The translations under genes and the position numbers were made by a program. Positions 28,021 to 32,898 of a stretch of DNA of 32,898 nucleotides are shown one piece after another (position 1 is the stretch's first letter; each line of letters starts with the position of its first letter). Where the stretch lies: contig JBEGTC010000001.1 of NCBI GenBank assembly GCA_041179565.1, positions 1 to 32,898 of the forward strand, written 5' to 3'. The notes beneath the pieces were generated by a model that searched no databases, had not been told where the DNA came from, and saw nothing but the letters and a program-made list of their open reading frames with translations. This DNA is from Actinomycetota bacterium (lineage in GTDB: Bacteria; Actinomycetota; Actinomycetes; Nanopelagicales; Nanopelagicaceae).

Positions 28021-29318
28021 GAACCAACCGTGCGCTCCAACTTGGCGCTGCCTTTCTTGCTGTGATTCTCTTTAGTAATTTATTGAGTTTTACAACGAAG
28101 AACAATAGGTTTTCAGAGAGTTATCCGGCGGTGGTCTGCGCTCCAAATCTCAGTGGTCAAAGTTCAGCAATTTCGCTCACCTCGACGAAGGCAAAGGTGC
28201 GAAAGACGGGCACTTCAACTTTGAAGTACAAGGATGCGCGAACGTATCGTTACACCGGCAGCTCGCAAGCATCTGTGATTGATGCACAGACACAGACCCC
28301 AATCGCCTGGCAAGTTCGTAGCGGTGTCTGGGGTGGAGCTACCACTTGTATTGCGCCTGCGTCGTCACAATGGTTTGTCGGTGCGACTGCAGATCTAACC
28401 TCGAAGGGAACGCTGCTTCTAGTAAATAGTGGTCTCGGTAGAGCGCTAGTTGGCGTCACGGTTTATTCAGAGAGTGGCGTGCAAGCGGAACAACTCTTCG
28501 ATGTGAAGGCCAATTCATTTAAGACAATCTCACTTACAGCTCTTGCACCAGGATCTAAATCCATCGCAATTTTGGTCAAGCCGCAGACTGGTCGAGTAAA
28601 TGCTTTTGTGAACGATGAACGTGGACGAGGACTCCAGGCGCTAGGTGGCGACACGGTTAATTCAATTGCAAGCCCAGCTAACGAGTTGGTTATTCCGGCC
28701 ATTCCCCAGCAGAGTAGCGCGCGAGACTCAGCTGCCCATGTGATGCGAGTACTAGTACCTGGTGAAATTGGTGCAACGTTGAAGGTAGAGATTCGCTCCG
28801 CCGATGGTGTTTTTTCGCCAGCTGGAGCTGACGGTCGATTGATACCCGCTGGCAAGGTAGTTGATATTCCACTCAAAGTCTTGATGAAGAGTGGGCAATT
28901 TGCACTCCACATATCTGCCGATCGCCCGATAGTTGCTTCAGTGTGGAGTAAAACTCTCGCCCAAGGCAAGAGCGACTTTCTCTGGTCAACGGCCGTACCT
29001 CCCCTAGGGAAGAGCACATATGCTGTGAGTGGCTTAGTCCCGACCGTGGTCTTTACTGGTGGTGAAATAGCCGTTGATCTCGAGCTCACATTGGCTAAGG
29101 GGGTTCGAAAGAAGGTTCAAATTCGCGCCACTGATATCGCCACATACCGCGCCTCTGATCGAGTTCGCGCAATTACCATCCTCAAGAGCTCGAAAAATGT
29201 ATATGCAGCTGCCCTCATCACTTCAAAGAGCGGTTCTGGATATGCCCCGCTCCGACCAGGAAGCGAACTAACTCGCACCTCAATTCCACGCTCCAATATT
29301 CGTGTGTTGATTCCATAA
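28017..29318 (+). CDS. Secreted/membrane-anchored protein (DUF5719-like)
   Basis: N-terminal TM/signal; TCIAPASSQWFVGA...LLLVN pattern; ATGA coupling to the large GT2. Confidence 0.72.
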   Translation: MRTNRALQLGAAFLAVILFSNLLSFTTKNNRFSESYPAVVCAPNLSGQSSAISLTSTKAKVRKTGTSTLKYKDARTYRYTGSSQASVIDAQTQTPIAWQVRSGVWGGATTCIAPASSQWFVGATADLTSKGTLLLVNSGLGRALVGVTVYSESGVQAEQLFDVKANSFKTISLTALAPGSKSIAILVKPQTGRVNAFVNDERGRGLQALGGDTVNSIASPANELVIPAIPQQSSARDSAAHVMRVLVPGEIGATLKVEIRSADGVFSPAGADGRLIPAGKVVDIPLKVLMKSGQFALHISADRPIVASVWSKTLAQGKSDFLWSTAVPPLGKSTYAVSGLVPTVVFTGGEIAVDLELTLAKGVRKKVQIRATDIATYRASDRVRAITILKSSKNVYAAALITSKSGSGYAPLRPGSELTRTSIPRSNIRVLIP

Positions 29319-29350
29319 CTTTTACACCTTTGCCCACTAATCTTCCATCT

Positions 29351-29713
29351 ATGAGTCCGGTAGCTAGTCGTTCATGCTCGCGCGTTAGTTGTCGCGCAGC
29401 AGCAACAATGACGCTCACCTATATCTATGCTGAGTCACGAGCGGTGCTTGGCCCCATTGCAACATTCTCTGAACCACATGCATACGATCTCTGCGAACGT
29501 CACGCTGCGCGATTAACCGTTCCTAACGGCTGGAGCGTAGAGCGTGAAGCAATTAGTTCAGTTGGTGTAGGTCCCAGTGAGGATGATTTGATGGCGATAG
29601 CTGATGCGGTGCGTGAAGTTGCCCGCACACCTGAGACAACAGATAACGAGAGCCCAGCAGAGACAACCACTCACGTCGGCCGTCGTGGCCACCTACGCGC
29701 AGTACCTTCGTAA
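29351..29713 (+). CDS. DUF3499 family protein
   Basis: RSCSRVSC...TLTYIY...AVLGP...EPHAYDLC..HA.RLTVP.GW, DDLMAIADAVRE, RRGHLR; TAATCT 7 nt before ATG 29351. Confidence 0.9.
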   Translation: MSPVASRSCSRVSCRAAATMTLTYIYAESRAVLGPIATFSEPHAYDLCERHAARLTVPNGWSVEREAISSVGVGPSEDDLMAIADAVREVARTPETTDNESPAETTTHVGRRGHLRAVPS

Positions 29714-29742
29714 CATCTGATTATTGAAGTTACTATTCAACT

Positions 29743-31095
29743 ATGAGCGCATCAATATTTAAGGCGTATGACATTCGTGGCCTCGTCGACGGCGAGCTGA
29801 CTCCAGAGTTTGCCTTCGCCGTGGGCAGCGCCTTCGCCCGATTCCTCAAGGGCGAACGCGAGCCAGCGACTGTCGTCATTGGTGAGGATATGCGCCCTTC
29901 CTCACCTGAGCTCGCCGATGCATTTAGCGCTGGAGTTACTGCTCAAGGGCTCGATGTAATCCGTATCGGTTTAGCTTCAACCGACATGCTCTATTTTGCA
30001 GCTGGAAAACTCAACCTTCCAGGTGCGATGTTTACGGCAAGCCATAATCCAGCTGCTTACAACGGAATTAAGTTATGCCTCAGTGGTGCAAGGCCAATTG
30101 GTAAAGAGTCCGGCCTGCTCGCAATTGAGAAGTTTGTTAGTGAGGGATCACCGATAGCTCTTAGCCAAGTTGGTATCGAACGCAAGCAGGAGATGCTCAA
30201 CGATTATGTGACGCATCTGCTGACCTTGGTCGATCTTTCAAAGACTCGAAAGTTGAAGATTGTGATTGATGCCGGAAATGGCATGGCAGGTCACACCGCG
30301 CCCGCTGTTTTTCAGCGACTGAACGCTGAAGTTATCGAGATGTATTTTGAGCTGGATGGAACTTTCCCTAACCATGAAGCAAATCCAATCGATCCCGAGA
30401 ATCTCCGCGATCTACAAGCTGCCGTAATTCGTCATGGCGCAGATATCGGATTGGCTTTCGATGGCGATGCTGACCGTTGCTTCTTAGTTGATGAGCGCGG
30501 CGAGCTGGTTAATCCATCTGCTTTAACCTCTCTGATTGCTACTCGCGAACTCGCCAAGCATCCCGGATCAACCATTATTTACAATTTAATATCTTCAAAA
30601 GCAGTTCGCGAAGTTGTTGTCGAAAATGGTGGTACTGCAGTTCGATCACGTGTAGGGCATTCATATATCAAGAAGTTAATGGCTGAAACTGGTGCGGTAT
30701 TTGGTGGCGAACATTCAGGCCATTTCTACTTCCGAGACTTCTGGCGCGCTGATTCTGGAATGTTGGCTGCGCTCCATGCAATTGCAGCTCTCGGCGAGAA
30801 AGAAGTTACCCTTTCCAATTTACTTTCACCTTTTAATCGATATATCTCAAGTGGCGAAATCAACTCAGCCGTCAGCGATGCCGCTAGTGCATCTCGCAAG
30901 GTAGAAGAGTTTTATGGGGCTCAACCTGGGGTCGAGGTAGATCACCTTGATGGTCTTACCGTCACCGGAGATACCTGGTGGTTCAACCTCCGCGCCTCTA
31001 ATACCGAGCCACTTCTGCGGTTAAATGTTGAGGCAGAGAGTGAAAGTGAGATGTCCTCGCTTCGCGATGCGATACTCACCACAATCCGCGCCTAA
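29743..31095 (+). CDS. manB: Phosphomannomutase/phosphoglucomutase
   Basis: FKAYDIRG, TASHNP, FDGDADR, GGEHSGH, RASNTEP. Confidence 0.93.
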   Translation: MSASIFKAYDIRGLVDGELTPEFAFAVGSAFARFLKGEREPATVVIGEDMRPSSPELADAFSAGVTAQGLDVIRIGLASTDMLYFAAGKLNLPGAMFTASHNPAAYNGIKLCLSGARPIGKESGLLAIEKFVSEGSPIALSQVGIERKQEMLNDYVTHLLTLVDLSKTRKLKIVIDAGNGMAGHTAPAVFQRLNAEVIEMYFELDGTFPNHEANPIDPENLRDLQAAVIRHGADIGLAFDGDADRCFLVDERGELVNPSALTSLIATRELAKHPGSTIIYNLISSKAVREVVVENGGTAVRSRVGHSYIKKLMAETGAVFGGEHSGHFYFRDFWRADSGMLAALHAIAALGEKEVTLSNLLSPFNRYISSGEINSAVSDAASASRKVEEFYGAQPGVEVDHLDGLTVTGDTWWFNLRASNTEPLLRLNVEAESESEMSSLRDAILTTIRA

Positions 31096-31102
31096 CCTTA
31101 AT

Positions 31103-31122
31103 TCTCGCTTTCTTGGGCGAGA
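31103..31122 (+). terminator. Hairpin after manB, possible terminator
   Basis: TCTCGCTT-TCTT-GGGCGAGA (6 Watson-Crick plus 2 GU pairs) 7 nt after the stop; no U-tract. Confidence 0.4.
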
Positions 31123-31126
31123 CCGG

Positions 31127-32511
<1,385 letters not shown>

Positions 32512-32898
32512 ATGGCACGAATTATGGTCGTCGATGACGACCAAGATCTTGCGGAGATGCTGGGGATTGTTTTAACAAGTTCTGGCTTCGATGTAGATCT
32601 CGTCAATCGTGGAGATGAGGCGCTGGAGGCTTTTAAAAGTAACCCGCCAGACCTCATTCTCCTCGATGTGATGTTGCCTGGATTAGATGGAATAGAAGTT
32701 TGTAATCTCATTCGTAAGGAATCAATGGTTCCTATCGTTATGTTGAGTGCGAAGGGCGAGACGCTCGATATCGTCCGTGGTCTAGAGGCGGGCGCTGATG
32801 ATTACATGCAGAAGCCTTTTAGGGATGAGGCAGAGCTCATCGCGCGAATTCGAACTCGACTACGACGCACCAACTCTGATGTCACAGGAATTCTTACC
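32512..32898 (+). CDS. mtrA: OmpR-family response regulator MtrA, 3' end outside the window
   Basis: Not in the ORF track; translated by hand: MARIMVVDDDQDLAEMLGIVL...PDLILLDVMLPGLDGIEVC..IRKESMVPIVMLSAK...GLEAGADDYMQKPF; ahcY-mtrA linkage is conserved. Confidence 0.88.
   Translation, partial: MARIMVVDDDQDLAEMLGIVLTSSGFDVDLVNRGDEALEAFKSNPPDLILLDVMLPGLDGIEVCNLIRKESMVPIVMLSAKGETLDIVRGLEAGADDYMQKPFRDEAELIARIRTRLRRTNSDVTGILT

Noticed and set aside
28463..29089. Long antisense or alternate-frame ORFs (for example 28463..29089, 2672..3190, 13395..13901, 4526..4978, 24625..24972)
   Set aside because: They overlap well-supported genes, show no recognisable motifs and have the composition expected of shadow frames

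Overview
Gene-dense housekeeping region of a streamlined actinobacterium (roughly 50% GC by eye, intergenic gaps mostly under 50 bp), consistent with the freshwater acI / Nanopelagicales lineage (inferred from gene content and compaction). Left: cell-wall glycopolymer locus (LCP, GT2, Wzm/Wzt-type ABC exporter, SpoIID/LytB). Middle: conserved actinobacterial block dapD-LOG-SRPBCC-DUF3117-pepA-methyltransferase-htrA-tatB-mrp-DUF1003-MgtE_N-DMT-PHP-marC-DEAD helicase-DUF3107-TetR-moeZ-mshB-cysS-fdx-dapC. Right: Man-1-P guanylyltransferase, whiB, large GT2, DUF5719, DUF3499, phosphomannomutase, ahcY, mtrA (partial). No mobile element, CRISPR array, tRNA or rRNA was seen. Most notable: a CysRS fused to an N-terminal SH3-like domain normally found on actinobacterial GNAT acetyltransferases; an AhcY of the short, non-actinobacterial type at the ancestral locus, preceded by a structured riboswitch-like leader; a stand-alone sigma region-4 miniprotein near where sigE/rseA are missing; a possible ATT start for pepA; and pervasive leaderless promoters. 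All family assignments come from motif recognition, not database searches.
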